NCBI GenBank assembly: GCA_033763315.1
Contig: JANRKS010000001.1
Coordinates: 192,001-256,000 of the forward strand
Direction of reading: 5' to 3'
Source: Deltaproteobacteria bacterium
GTDB taxonomy: Bacteria; Myxococcota_A; Polyangia; Fen-1088
DNA length: 64,000 bases
Position 1 is the first letter of the stretch; the number at the start of each line of letters is the position of its first letter. The position numbers and the translations under genes were made by a program. Below are positions 39,383-49,172 of this stretch, one piece after another. The notes below the pieces were generated by a model. It ran no database searches, had not been told where the DNA came from, and worked only from the letters and a program-made list of their open reading frames with translations.

Positions 39383-39557
39383 GCGCCGTCACTTTAATAC
39401 GGATTTCCCAAGGCTTTGCACCACTTAACGTACGCCTTTGCAAATCGACTTGACGCTGGCGAGGGCGCGCTTCAGGTTTGAGTTATGCGTGAGGCATGGT
39501 GCCCACGTGTCACAAAGCCCGCGGGGTGCGATTGCCCCTGCGAGAAAGCGATCGAAA

Positions 39558-40088
39558 ATGCATAGAGGAATGATGGTCCACCCTGCGTGGTGGGCACAGC
39601 ACGGCTACGGATACGGACACCACGGTTATGGTCACCCCGGTCACGGGCATCTCAGCGAGTATTCCTGCAGCCCCGGTGGTGGCGGCAGTTGCTCTCCCGG
39701 GGGCGGTGGTGGCGGCGGTGGCCAATCGGACGACGATGGCAGCGGTTGGAATTTTGGCGTGCGGCGTCCTCTGCGGTTTCTGGCTCATAAACTTGAGCTC
39801 GACGAACCACAGGTGGCGGCCCTTGCGAAGATTCTCGATGAACTTAAAACCGAACGCGCCCAAGCCGAAGTGGATCGCCGCCGCACAGTGGCTGCGTTTG
39901 CAGACGCCTTAGGTGGCAGCACTTTTGATGAAGCACGCGCCAAAGAAGGTGGTGTGCTGCGTGTGCAAAGCGCAGAACATTTGCGCGACGCTGTGGTGGG
40001 AGCGTTGGGGAAAATCCACGCCCTGCTCGATGACGATCAACGTGGGCGTTTGGCCTATTTGATTCGCACGGGCACCTTGAGCTTGTAA
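39558..40088 (+). CDS. Spy/CpxP-like (heavy-metal sensor type) helical protein with His/Gly-rich N-terminus
   Basis: KLELDEPQ and LLDDDQR LTxxQ-like motifs; HGYGYGHHGYGHPGHGH. Confidence 0.72.
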   Translation: MHRGMMVHPAWWAQHGYGYGHHGYGHPGHGHLSEYSCSPGGGGSCSPGGGGGGGGQSDDDGSGWNFGVRRPLRFLAHKLELDEPQVAALAKILDELKTERAQAEVDRRRTVAAFADALGGSTFDEARAKEGGVLRVQSAEHLRDAVVGALGKIHALLDDDQRGRLAYLIRTGTLSL

Positions 40089-40093
40089 CAAAA

Positions 40094-40131
40094 AGAAAGC
40101 GGTCGCCTGCTTGTGGTGGGCGACCGTCTTC
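40094..40131. terminator. Stem-loop between Spy-like gene and HtrA gene
   Basis: GCGGTCGCCTGC-TTGTG-GTGGGCGACCGT, with A-rich upstream and pyrimidine-rich downstream flanks. Confidence 0.55.
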
Positions 40132-40173
40132 TCTGTTCGTGGCCTCGCCGCAGGCTTGGCGAAGGAGCACCAT

Positions 40174-41220
40174 ATGCAATTTTGGGAATCATTAGAGGCA
40201 GACGTCACGTTAGATCCTTCTCCCGGTGCGAAACTGCAGCCGGCGGCCCGCGTGCCCACCGAAGGCGAAGCGCTTGATGCCTATTCTCGTGTGGTGGTGG
40301 ATGTGGCCGAGCGCGTGAGCCCGTCCGTTGTGAAACTTGAGATCGAGCGCATTCCCACGCCCGGATCGCAACGTCGGCGTGGCGCAGCGGAGGACGCTCC
40401 CGGCAGCGGATCGGGCTTTGCGTTCACACCTGACGGATACATTTTAACCAACAGCCACGTCGTAACAGGCGGCAACAAGATCACCGTGATCAGCCGTGAT
40501 GGCACGCGCCACGTGGCCAACGTTGTGGGCAACGATCCGCACACTGATTTGGCCGTGGTGCACGTCACCGGTGCCGACATTCCGCCCGTGGCGTTGGCTG
40601 ATGATAAGTTACGCGTGGGCCAATTGGTGGTGGCCATCGGCAACCCTTATGGCTTCGAGTGCACAGTGACAGCGGGGGTGGTGAGCGCGCTCGGCCGATC
40701 CATGCGCACAGGGACGGGCCGTTTGGTGGAAGACGTCATTCAAACAGACGCTGCGCTGAATCCCGGAAATTCGGGTGGCCCGCTCGTCAATGCACGGGGT
40801 GAGGTTGTGGGCGTAAACACAGCCATGATCCGTCCCGCCCAAGGTATCTGCTTTGCCATCGGCATGAATACCGCGCGCTTTGTGGCTTTGCAGTTGTTGC
40901 GCGAGGGTCACGTTCGCCGCAGCTTCGTGGGCGTCGCCGCGCAAACGGTTCCGCTGTTGCGCAAGGTTGTGCGCTATTTCGATCTTGGCACCGATAGCGC
41001 CGCATTGGTGACGGATGTCGACGCACGCGGCCCCGCAGGGCGCGCTGGTTTGCAGCCCGGGGATCTCATCGTGCGCTTTGGTTCGGAATGGATCACAGGC
41101 GTCGACGATCTGCATCGACGCTTGCTGCCTGAATTGGCGGGACGCTGGGTGCCGATGCAGGTGGTGCGCGGCAAGAGCCTTGAATCGCTTGGCATCGTGC
41201 CTGCGGCCGCCGCGCCGTAA
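40174..41220 (+). CDS. HtrA/DegP-like trypsin protease with one PDZ domain, no evident signal peptide
   Basis: GSGSGF, TNSHVV, TDLAV, GNSGGPL; PDZ GPAGRAGLQPGD; AAGGAG RBS. Confidence 0.93.
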   Translation: MQFWESLEADVTLDPSPGAKLQPAARVPTEGEALDAYSRVVVDVAERVSPSVVKLEIERIPTPGSQRRRGAAEDAPGSGSGFAFTPDGYILTNSHVVTGGNKITVISRDGTRHVANVVGNDPHTDLAVVHVTGADIPPVALADDKLRVGQLVVAIGNPYGFECTVTAGVVSALGRSMRTGTGRLVEDVIQTDAALNPGNSGGPLVNARGEVVGVNTAMIRPAQGICFAIGMNTARFVALQLLREGHVRRSFVGVAAQTVPLLRKVVRYFDLGTDSAALVTDVDARGPAGRAGLQPGDLIVRFGSEWITGVDDLHRRLLPELAGRWVPMQVVRGKSLESLGIVPAAAAP

Positions 41221-41225
41221 AACCG

Positions 41226-43028
41226 CTAACGCACGTCCGGTAGCGGGGCTTGCAAGACGTTTTCACGCTTGCCTGCGAGGCTGTCGAACGTGCCCACCAA
41301 CGCGGCAGCACGATCGAGCCAAGTCATGTTCCACGCGGGCGCTTGCGAGACGGCGTCGCTGTTGTCGCCTTCATCATCCAGAATCTGCGCGAGCAACGAT
41401 TGCTTCTCGGGATAAGTCACGAGTTTCACCTGTGCGCTGGACGAAAGCTTCGCGGCCTCTTTGGCCAGAGCCACGGCTGTTTCCATGCCACCTAACGCAT
41501 CCACCAAGCCCAGCTCTTTGGCTTTGCGGCCGGGCCACACGCGCCCTTGCGCCACTTGCTCCACCACCTCGGCCGATAGCTTGCGCCCTTGCGCCACCTT
41601 GCCCGTGAAATCGTCGTAAACGAAATCAAGCCAGTGGTTGAGTCGCCCGCGATCTTCCGGCGAGAAATCTGTGAGTGACGACCAAAACTGGGCGTTCGGC
41701 GATGTTGTAACGGTGCCAAACGTGACGCCAAGTTTCGCCCACAGATCGCGTGTCACCAACTTGAACGCATAAACGCCGATCGATCCCGTGAGTGTGCCGG
41801 GTTCGGCCACGATTTTGTCGGCGTTCATGGCAATGAAATAACCACCCGAAGCGGCCACGTTCCCCATCGATACGATCAGGGGTTTGCCCGCCGTTTTCAG
41901 CTCAATCGTTTCGCGCCAGATGGTGTCGGAAGCAACGTAAGAGCCGCCAGGTGAATCCACGCGCAAGATCACCGCTTTGACGTCCTTGTCGCGCGCAGCG
42001 GCTCGCAAGGCGGCCGCCACAGCGTCGGCGCCCAATGACGTTGACCCAGACAAGGGATCAAGCGATCCGGAGCCTGGCATGATTGTGCCCACGCCATACA
42101 CCACGGCAATCTTCTCGCCTGGCAGGGCCGAAGGGTCAGATGTGCCTGAGCGTTCAAGATATGCCGAGGCATATAGCAAATCAGCCGTGCCACCCGCGCG
42201 GCCCTTCACAGCCGAGATCAACTGATCACGGTAACCGATGTGATCAACCAACTTTTCCGTGAGCGCGTCCTGCGCCAGGTAGGGCCCCCGCGCGAAAACG
42301 TCTTTTGCCTTTTCAGCGTCCAGCTTACGGGCGGCCGCAATGTCCGTTGTGAGCTGATCCAGGGTGTCGGCCAAGAGCGCTTCGGTGGCGGCCTTGTGGG
42401 CCTCCGTGAAGGCGTTCTGTGTGAACATGTTAAAGGCATTCTTATAAGCCTTGCGCTGTTCGCCAACCGCGTGAACGCCGATGTTGTTCAGCACATCTTT
42501 TACGAACGGCGATTCGGCGCGCAAGCCGGTGATGCCCACAGAACCCGACGGCTGCATCCAGATCTCATCGCACGCCGTGGCTAGATAATACGGCCCGGAG
42601 CCGCCAACCATTTCGCCAAACGAAGGCGCAAAAGCATAAGCAAATTTGCCGGCTTTGCGAAAGCGCGCAATCGCGTCACGCAACTCTTGAATGGTGGCCA
42701 CACCGTGTTCGCCACCCACATAAACGATGGCACCTTTGACCTTCGTGTCTTTGGCGCCTTGATCAAGCGCAAAGATGGTTTGCGCCAAGGTGGGCTTTCC
42801 CGGCTTTATCGCGTCGATGAACGTTTCAGACCCGGGCCCGGATTCAAGCTTTCGATCCAGCCTAAGTTCCAGCACCGTGGAGGCGGGAACGGGCTTTGTT
42901 TTGGTGGCGAAGTAGATGACGAGGCCTACGGCAAGCGCGCCCACAACGAAGGTGAAAACGCCGAGCCACATGAACAGGCGCCCCAGCTTGCGCGCAAAAC
43001 CACCCGATGCCCCTGCTGTTTGAACCAT
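41226..43028 (-). CDS. sppA: Signal peptide peptidase SppA (67K type)
   Basis: N-terminal TM; YYLA..CDEIW; RVDSPGGS, SMGNVAASGGY, TGSIGV, QGRVW. Confidence 0.95.
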   Translation of the reverse strand: MVQTAGASGGFARKLGRLFMWLGVFTFVVGALAVGLVIYFATKTKPVPASTVLELRLDRKLESGPGSETFIDAIKPGKPTLAQTIFALDQGAKDTKVKGAIVYVGGEHGVATIQELRDAIARFRKAGKFAYAFAPSFGEMVGGSGPYYLATACDEIWMQPSGSVGITGLRAESPFVKDVLNNIGVHAVGEQRKAYKNAFNMFTQNAFTEAHKAATEALLADTLDQLTTDIAAARKLDAEKAKDVFARGPYLAQDALTEKLVDHIGYRDQLISAVKGRAGGTADLLYASAYLERSGTSDPSALPGEKIAVVYGVGTIMPGSGSLDPLSGSTSLGADAVAAALRAAARDKDVKAVILRVDSPGGSYVASDTIWRETIELKTAGKPLIVSMGNVAASGGYFIAMNADKIVAEPGTLTGSIGVYAFKLVTRDLWAKLGVTFGTVTTSPNAQFWSSLTDFSPEDRGRLNHWLDFVYDDFTGKVAQGRKLSAEVVEQVAQGRVWPGRKAKELGLVDALGGMETAVALAKEAAKLSSSAQVKLVTYPEKQSLLAQILDDEGDNSDAVSQAPAWNMTWLDRAAALVGTFDSLAGKRENVLQAPLPDVR

Positions 43029-43103
43029 GCACGGATCTTGCCTTGTGAACGGCGCGGGCGAAAGGGGTGTGCACCTTCGCCCGCCACTTTCTTTGTCTCC
43101 GAG

Positions 43104-45005
43104 CTATCGCAGTTCGTTCGTCCACACGCAACGGAACGGCTGCGGCGTGGGGCCAAGATCAAGCCACGTCATATTTGCTGGGTATTGATCCGCAAACGCC
43201 GGTTCCATCATGTTCCACTTCACAGCCGCCGCGCGCAAACCTGCGCTGCCGCCGCCACCATAGCCAAGGTCTGATGTCTGCAGCAGTTGCATCGAGCCGT
43301 TGGGCAAACCCGCGCGGATGGCTTCGGTCAGATCGCGTTCGGTTGCCAAACTTGCGCCGCGCTTGCGGCAAAGGGCGATGGCGTTCTCCCAGCTGGCAGG
43401 CGCTCGGTCGCTGCTGTCGAACCACATCACGCCCAAGCCTTGCGGGGCTGCCACTTTGAAGCAGCCGCCGGCGCAGTCACTCGGGGCCGGCTCTTTGTAA
43501 GCGGCATTGATGGGGTAATACACGCAGCGAAACTCTTTCATCGGCTCGCTCTTATAGGCCCACGTGATGCCGGACACGGCGTTGGTGAGAAAGTGAGGAA
43601 AGTCGAGCGCCACGCCGGCCCACGCAATCACCGACGTTAGAAACTGCGGGTTGCTGTAGCCGGTGCTATCCGCCGTCCACAACCACTTGCTTGATCCTCC
43701 CGGCAAGCCCTGCATGATGAGTTCCGAAAGCGCGGCTGGCGTGGCCAAGTGCCCGCCGCGCGCAAAGCACGTTGCCTGCGCTTGCACCCAAGGGGCCGCG
43801 GGCGAATCCATGGTTTCGCTCTTAAGGTTGCTGCGGGCGCCCACGAACTCATTGGCAATAGTGGCGGGGTATGGGTTGGTTCGTGACTTGGCGCCAATAC
43901 ACCGGAACGGCCGCAACTCATTGAAGTTGCCGATGCTGAGGCGGTCCGAAAGGTTCCAAACAGGCTGTTTCCCGGTCCAACGCAGCACTACGTTGGCCGA
44001 AGGCGAGACGCTATCCGTTGTGTGGACCCACGTTGGAAATTGGCCGTTGGGCAGCTCCGCAAAAATAGCCTCCACCATGGTGCGCGAATCGGGAAGGTGA
44101 GCGCGCGCTTGCGTGCATTCCCAGATCGCCGAGCCCACCGTCTGTGCCGGACGATCTTGAATGTCGGCATTGTGTTCGTTGTCAACGGCGAAGCAGGCAG
44201 CGTTGGGCGGGCCGTAGCATGCATTCCCTGTAAAGCTGGGCGGCGCAGGTGGCGGGCACACGCAACGAAACGGTCGCTTGATCGTCGCGGGGCCATCAGT
44301 GAGCGCTGAATCGCTGAGACGTACAGCGCTGCGGCTGTTGGGGCCTCGCGGGTTGGCCGCCCAAATGAAGTTAGTGTGAATCGTTTGGCCCACGCCCGCC
44401 GCTTGTGTGGCCCCCACCCGGTAAAGTTCGCTGATGGTCGGCAAGCGGCCACCAAACTGCGCGCAAGTCGCTTCGGCCACCGGTTGCGTGTCGGGCGCGC
44501 GCTCGGTGCGATCCCATTTGATCTTCCAGTCGTCATCTTGCGCTTCACGCAGGCTCAAGCGGCACGCCGCCCGGCAGGTGCCTGCAGCGCACTCTTCGTT
44601 GGCGCCACACGCGTTGCCGCAACGTCCACAGTTCTGTGCGTCGTTTTGAAGATCAACGCACGTAACGTCGCACAGCGCTGCTCCCTCGGTGCAAATGGGC
44701 ACGCAACGACCCGCCGAGCACACTTGTGTCTCAGTGCAAGCCACACCCACAACGCCGCAGTTCTTGTTGTCGGTTTGCGTGTCGATGCATCCGCCGTCGG
44801 CACCCACGGGGCCACCGTCGCATGCGTCCGAGGTGTCAGCCACGGCGTCGGGCATCGACATCGGCAGCGCGTCCACACACCCCGCATCGCCTGCGCAAGG
44901 ATCTCCCGCCACGGGCTTGGCCGTCACGTGAATTTCGCCACAGCCAGCCACCGCCAGCAAAGCGAGCAAGTACGTTCGATGAAACCGTAGGATAGGGGCC
45001 GTCAT
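43104..45005 (-). CDS. Lipoprotein with Cys-rich STIG1-like repeats and four tandem C-type-lectin-like domains
   Basis: VAGC lipobox; CIDTQTDNKNCG and CVDLQNDAQNCGRCGNAC; 4 x [A...C...(G).L.(T)...W/H...FRC]. Confidence 0.75.
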   Translation of the reverse strand: MTAPILRFHRTYLLALLAVAGCGEIHVTAKPVAGDPCAGDAGCVDALPMSMPDAVADTSDACDGGPVGADGGCIDTQTDNKNCGVVGVACTETQVCSAGRCVPICTEGAALCDVTCVDLQNDAQNCGRCGNACGANEECAAGTCRAACRLSLREAQDDDWKIKWDRTERAPDTQPVAEATCAQFGGRLPTISELYRVGATQAAGVGQTIHTNFIWAANPRGPNSRSAVRLSDSALTDGPATIKRPFRCVCPPPAPPSFTGNACYGPPNAACFAVDNEHNADIQDRPAQTVGSAIWECTQARAHLPDSRTMVEAIFAELPNGQFPTWVHTTDSVSPSANVVLRWTGKQPVWNLSDRLSIGNFNELRPFRCIGAKSRTNPYPATIANEFVGARSNLKSETMDSPAAPWVQAQATCFARGGHLATPAALSELIMQGLPGGSSKWLWTADSTGYSNPQFLTSVIAWAGVALDFPHFLTNAVSGITWAYKSEPMKEFRCVYYPINAAYKEPAPSDCAGGCFKVAAPQGLGVMWFDSSDRAPASWENAIALCRKRGASLATERDLTEAIRAGLPNGSMQLLQTSDLGYGGGGSAGLRAAAVKWNMMEPAFADQYPANMTWLDLGPTPQPFRCVWTNELR

Positions 45006-45228
45006 GACGCGCCCAAGATACTCCGCCTGCGCCGCCTGCCAAGCCGGCAAATGTCGTTTCATAGCCCCTCGGGGTGCGATTTTGGCGCGGGCGGCATTCA
45101 CGGGAGGGTGCCTCGACTCGGACGAAAAGAGCTGGATACAAGCGCCGGGTGCGATTTGGCGGCTTACTTAACCGCTTTGCGGGCCTTGGTGGCGCGTGGC
45201 TTGGGGGCGGCCTTCTTTGGTTCCCCTG

Positions 45229-46941
45229 CTAGGGGCCGCTGGCTGAAAGCGACAAATCCAACTCTAAAAGGTCGCCCGTATTTATAAGTTCGCCACCCAT
45301 GCGTGAAATTTGCGATGTGGCCAATGAGATGGCGTCACGCGTGTCCACATCCGCTGATTCGGCCTGCTGGCTCAACAAACGTTTGATGTTGACGTGCAAG
45401 GCGCCCAGCGCCGCACGATTGCTGAACACCGCCGGCCGGCGCTTTTCGCTGTAATACCACCCTAAACCGTTATCTTCATTCGATAGAGCCAAGCCGATGC
45501 GGTTGCCCGGCAAGCTCTCAACGCCCGCCGCTTTTGTTTCGCCCGCCTTTGAAAAAGACCACAGGCGCGGCGTGCGTTGCCCGAACGCCGCGGCTTCAGC
45601 GGGCGCATCCGCGCGGCTTGAGAGCCACGCGGCCACGGCATCTGATTTTTGTGCGTCAAGCGACGCCATCCACAACACCGAGGTCGTTTGATCGGCTTGC
45701 ACAGGGGCACGCACCGCCACGGCCACATTGCGCACGTTTTTTCCCAGATCAGGCGACGCCAATCCATCAAGCGTTTGTGCAAACGTTCCCAGCATGAGAT
45801 GCGGCCAAAACCGTGTGAGTGTGATCGCCATGGATGCAAAGCCACACGCTTGCCATTGGGTCTGCGTGTCTTGCCATGTTTTGCCCAACACGGTGGGGCG
45901 CGGCACGTTCATCCAGGCTGAGGCGTCATCCAGATACAAAGCCGCGGCACCAAGACCGGCGTCAGCCAACGATCGCGTATCCACCAAGCCATCGTGGCTG
46001 CCACCTTTGCGCAGCAGCGCTTGCATGCCGAGCGCGGGTGCAAACGACAGGCGTACCTTCCAATCAAACGGATTGAGCCGCGCCACCAAAGCGGCGTCAC
46101 TAAAGAACGCGCCTGCATTGCTGCTGAATTTGGCGCGACAAGCGGCTGGCAACACAGCCACCAAGTGATTGGGTTGCACCACCACAGCCAACGACGCGCG
46201 TGCCCCCAACAAAGCGCGCGTGCCCTGCGACCACACCGATGCCAACGTTGTGATGTTGGTTTGCGAAAGCACCGCTTGCATGCTGCTTGTGAAGATCCCG
46301 CTTGCCTTCTTGCCGGGAGGCTTGGGCAGATCGGGAGTGAACACATCAATCAGGGCCACGACGGCGTCTTCCACCGTCACAAAGCGAACCGAGGTGCCTT
46401 GCGCTGTGCTGGCATCAAACGCCCACAGCTCCACCGCTTGCTTTTTTGCGAGGCTGGCCAACGGTTTGGCCCACGCCGTGGCTTTGGCGCTGGAAAGCGA
46501 CGTAGAGAACTTCGCGCGCTTGAGCACGCCTTCAGCGAACGTCAGGAACTTTGCTTTGTCGTTCACAGGCACAACCAACCTGTGCGCGAACCCGAGCACC
46601 GCACGTGGCAGCTTCGGTGGCACCCGAAACAACGCCAAAAAGGCTGGTTTTTCCGCTTGAACGCCTCGATCCAACAATTCGGATTCTGAAAACGCGGGCA
46701 AAGCCAGCGGCGCGCGCAGCGCTGTTAACGCTTGAGCCACCTGAGGGTAAAGGCCTGTCAGTAGATCCGCGAACGCGAAGCCATCTTCCGCCTCTGGCAA
46801 ACGCAAAGCCACCAGCAGCGCGGCGTCGGCAGGCACGTGTTCCGCAACGGCGGGGGCAGCGGCTTCTTGGGCGCGCGCCGGGGCGCTTGCGATTGCCACG
46901 ATCGCCGCACCCCAGGCAGCTGCTTTGAGCCAAGCGTTCAC
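45229..46941 (-). CDS. Exported hypothetical protein
   Basis: 570-aa ORF with signal peptide ending ARA; fills the gap between neighbours. Confidence 0.7.
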   Translation of the reverse strand: MNAWLKAAAWGAAIVAIASAPARAQEAAAPAVAEHVPADAALLVALRLPEAEDGFAFADLLTGLYPQVAQALTALRAPLALPAFSESELLDRGVQAEKPAFLALFRVPPKLPRAVLGFAHRLVVPVNDKAKFLTFAEGVLKRAKFSTSLSSAKATAWAKPLASLAKKQAVELWAFDASTAQGTSVRFVTVEDAVVALIDVFTPDLPKPPGKKASGIFTSSMQAVLSQTNITTLASVWSQGTRALLGARASLAVVVQPNHLVAVLPAACRAKFSSNAGAFFSDAALVARLNPFDWKVRLSFAPALGMQALLRKGGSHDGLVDTRSLADAGLGAAALYLDDASAWMNVPRPTVLGKTWQDTQTQWQACGFASMAITLTRFWPHLMLGTFAQTLDGLASPDLGKNVRNVAVAVRAPVQADQTTSVLWMASLDAQKSDAVAAWLSSRADAPAEAAAFGQRTPRLWSFSKAGETKAAGVESLPGNRIGLALSNEDNGLGWYYSEKRRPAVFSNRAALGALHVNIKRLLSQQAESADVDTRDAISLATSQISRMGGELINTGDLLELDLSLSASGP

Positions 46942-46987
46942 GAGTGCGCGAATCTTAGCCCAGCTTACGCTGCGTCTTACAGAAAGT

Positions 46988-48076
46988 TTAAGAAGGCGGC
47001 CGGCCGGGTGGGGCCATGATCATCTCATTAATGATGGCCTCCACGGTGGCAACGGGCGCGGCGGGTACCAAGTAAGCCTGGTCTTTCACGGGGCTCGGAA
47101 CCCAGGTGTTTTGAGATTTTTCGTGATGGCTGCCGGGCCACACCTTGCCCAGCATCTCGTAATGGTTGGATCCGCCTTGCACCAAACCAAAGTATGTGAC
47201 GCCTCCAAACGCGGCGCCTCGCACCCCGTAAAGCACGGAAAGCTCATCCCAGCTTTCGCGCTTCTGGCCGCCGTTGAAATGCAGCCATGACAGGGCCACG
47301 GGGTTGCGGCTGGCATTGGGCAGCTGCTGCAGCTCGCCTCCCACAAAATACTGGCGCCCGAGCTCGTAGCCCCCGAACACGGCGCGGCCCGGCCAATTGT
47401 TGATCACGCGTTCTGCGGCGTTGCCGTAATGGTCGAGGTTAAATTCTCCATCTTCACCCGACGTTGGATAGCCACCACCCATGCATGACCACAGCTTCAC
47501 TTTGCGCTCCACAAGTTCGCGGCCGGTCAGTGGCGAAAGCTCATCGGCAGGCGATTGCAGCAGACCATCAAGGTTCGTGAGATAACCAACGCTGATGATG
47601 GTGACGCTGGCGTCAGGTTGTGCCGCCAACAAGCGCCGGTAAAGCTGAACGCCATCTTCTGCATCGGCGCCGGTCTTCAGATCGTGCGGCAAACCGGCCT
47701 TCACCACTTTCTCAGCGTATGGACCCACGCGACCGATGTTTTGGTGTGGCCCCTTAAATACACCGATCGGAATGTTGGGCCGGCCGTAATAAGTGTTCAC
47801 CACATCGACGAGTGGCGGCGTCCAGATGCCATCATAATTTTGCAAACTCTCGCTGACCACGACGCCCAGCACTTCACATTCACCGGCGTCCTGCATCTTG
47901 TGCAACATGGCCAATCCGCCGACGTCATCCACATCAAGCGCCATATCCGTGTCGTAGATCACCTTGACGGGCGCCTGCGCGGCCGGCGCAGGTGCGGCTG
48001 CCTTGTGAGCACAGGCCGCGAGCAGCGGTGCGGCGATCAGCAGCGCGGTCATCCATGCCGATGTAATCGTTTTCAT
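46988..48076 (-). CDS. Nucleoside hydrolase-like lipoprotein
   Basis: LAAC lipobox; VIYDTDMALDVDDVG, SVGYLTNL, MGG, EFN, SWD. Confidence 0.87.
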   Translation of the reverse strand: MKTITSAWMTALLIAAPLLAACAHKAAAPAPAAQAPVKVIYDTDMALDVDDVGGLAMLHKMQDAGECEVLGVVVSESLQNYDGIWTPPLVDVVNTYYGRPNIPIGVFKGPHQNIGRVGPYAEKVVKAGLPHDLKTGADAEDGVQLYRRLLAAQPDASVTIISVGYLTNLDGLLQSPADELSPLTGRELVERKVKLWSCMGGGYPTSGEDGEFNLDHYGNAAERVINNWPGRAVFGGYELGRQYFVGGELQQLPNASRNPVALSWLHFNGGQKRESWDELSVLYGVRGAAFGGVTYFGLVQGGSNHYEMLGKVWPGSHHEKSQNTWVPSPVKDQAYLVPAAPVATVEAIINEMIMAPPGRPPS

Positions 48077-48161
48077 GCGCGCAATATAGGCCTTTGGACG
48101 TCGGCGGGCAACCTGGCAATTCTGCGGAGGGGGTGGGGCAGGCCGGGGTTTTGCAAGCGGC

Positions 48162-49067
48162 CTAGATGTCTTCAAGCGACTTGAGCAGAGGCCCCAGCAT
48201 TGTGGCCGGTATCTCAAGCAGCGATTCTTGCTTCGAAGCAACCGCCCCTTGCACCAGCATAACGTTCGCCGCCGTGAGCTCGCCTTCAACGAAGTCCTCG
48301 TCGAATTCGAACACGCGCGCAGGTGGCACATCCGCAGATGGTGTTTGTGCCTGCGCGTTCGCGGGCAGCGCGGGCTTTCGTGGTTGATCAGCCGCCACAG
48401 AGATGACGCGCGGCCGAGACGTGACATGCATCATCGCAGGCGCCGCCGCAGGCTGTGTGTCGGGGTTTTGCGCGATCCGCAGCGGCTTCGTTGGCAGTGC
48501 GACGTGAGCGAAGAGCGCAGCGCCCATGGTGGCCGTGGCCATCGGTGCATAGATGGGAAGAAAGATCGCGCGCAGGGGTGCAAGCGTCAGGCGAAGCCGT
48601 GCGATGCCCCGATGAACATGCACGCGTGCGGTGCTTAGAGGCTTGACTTGCTTGTCGCCATCGCTGAAGAAGCGTTCGCGTACGGCCTGGTTTAAGGGCG
48701 CTGGCAGCGATTGCAGCGCTATAGACAAGGCGCGCCGTTCTTCACACGTCACCACCGTGTCTTCAGGTGAAGGCGCAGGGGGGCAAGGCATCAACGCGAG
48801 CCCGGCGTGAGCGCGGGAGGCGCGCGAGATCCCACGCAACCGATCCAACGCCACGTTGCTGAAAATTCGGTTCACCCAAGCGCCCCAATGCCCATCCGGA
48901 GGCGGCGAGGTGAAGGCCCGCAATAGTGACTCCGAAACGATGTCGTCGCGCTCAGGCTGCAAAGGCAACGGCAGGTGACGGCGCCTTAGCTGCTGGGCAA
49001 GCGATTGCCACAGCGCCTCGGGGCAGGACGAAGACACAACGCAAGAAGACTCAGGTACGTGCGGCAT
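48162..49067 (-). CDS. ECF sigma factor fused via hydrophobic segment to a CglF/GltF-like C-terminal domain
   Basis: DDIVSESLLRA, WVNRIFSNVALDRLR, STARVHVHRGIARLR; tail FEFDEDFVEGEL...SLLEI...LLKSLEDI. Confidence 0.75.
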   Translation of the reverse strand: MPHVPESSCVVSSSCPEALWQSLAQQLRRRHLPLPLQPERDDIVSESLLRAFTSPPPDGHWGAWVNRIFSNVALDRLRGISRASRAHAGLALMPCPPAPSPEDTVVTCEERRALSIALQSLPAPLNQAVRERFFSDGDKQVKPLSTARVHVHRGIARLRLTLAPLRAIFLPIYAPMATATMGAALFAHVALPTKPLRIAQNPDTQPAAAPAMMHVTSRPRVISVAADQPRKPALPANAQAQTPSADVPPARVFEFDEDFVEGELTAANVMLVQGAVASKQESLLEIPATMLGPLLKSLEDI

Positions 49068-49087
49068 GAAACGTTCTCCTGCTCCTT

Positions 49088-49114
49088 TAACGATACAGCC
49101 GGCCGATCGTTTCA
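49088..49114 (-). promoter_or_regulatory. ECF-type promoter TGAAAC-N16-CGTTA upstream of the sigma fusion gene
   Basis: Canonical AAC/CGT elements followed by two AGGAG and the ATG at 49067. Confidence 0.6.
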
Positions 49115-49172
49115 GGCCAAGTGTTTTTTGAGGCAAGCCGCGCGTCATACCCGCGAGTCAGAGGACTCACGC

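Noticed and set aside
43104-45229. Diversity-generating retroelement targeting the CLec protein
   Set aside because: No reverse transcriptase and no near-identical template repeat seen in the window
48077-48427. Extended N-terminus of the nucleoside hydrolase ORF
   Set aside because: Overlaps the sigma-CglF gene; the lipoprotein signal starts at MKTITS (48076)
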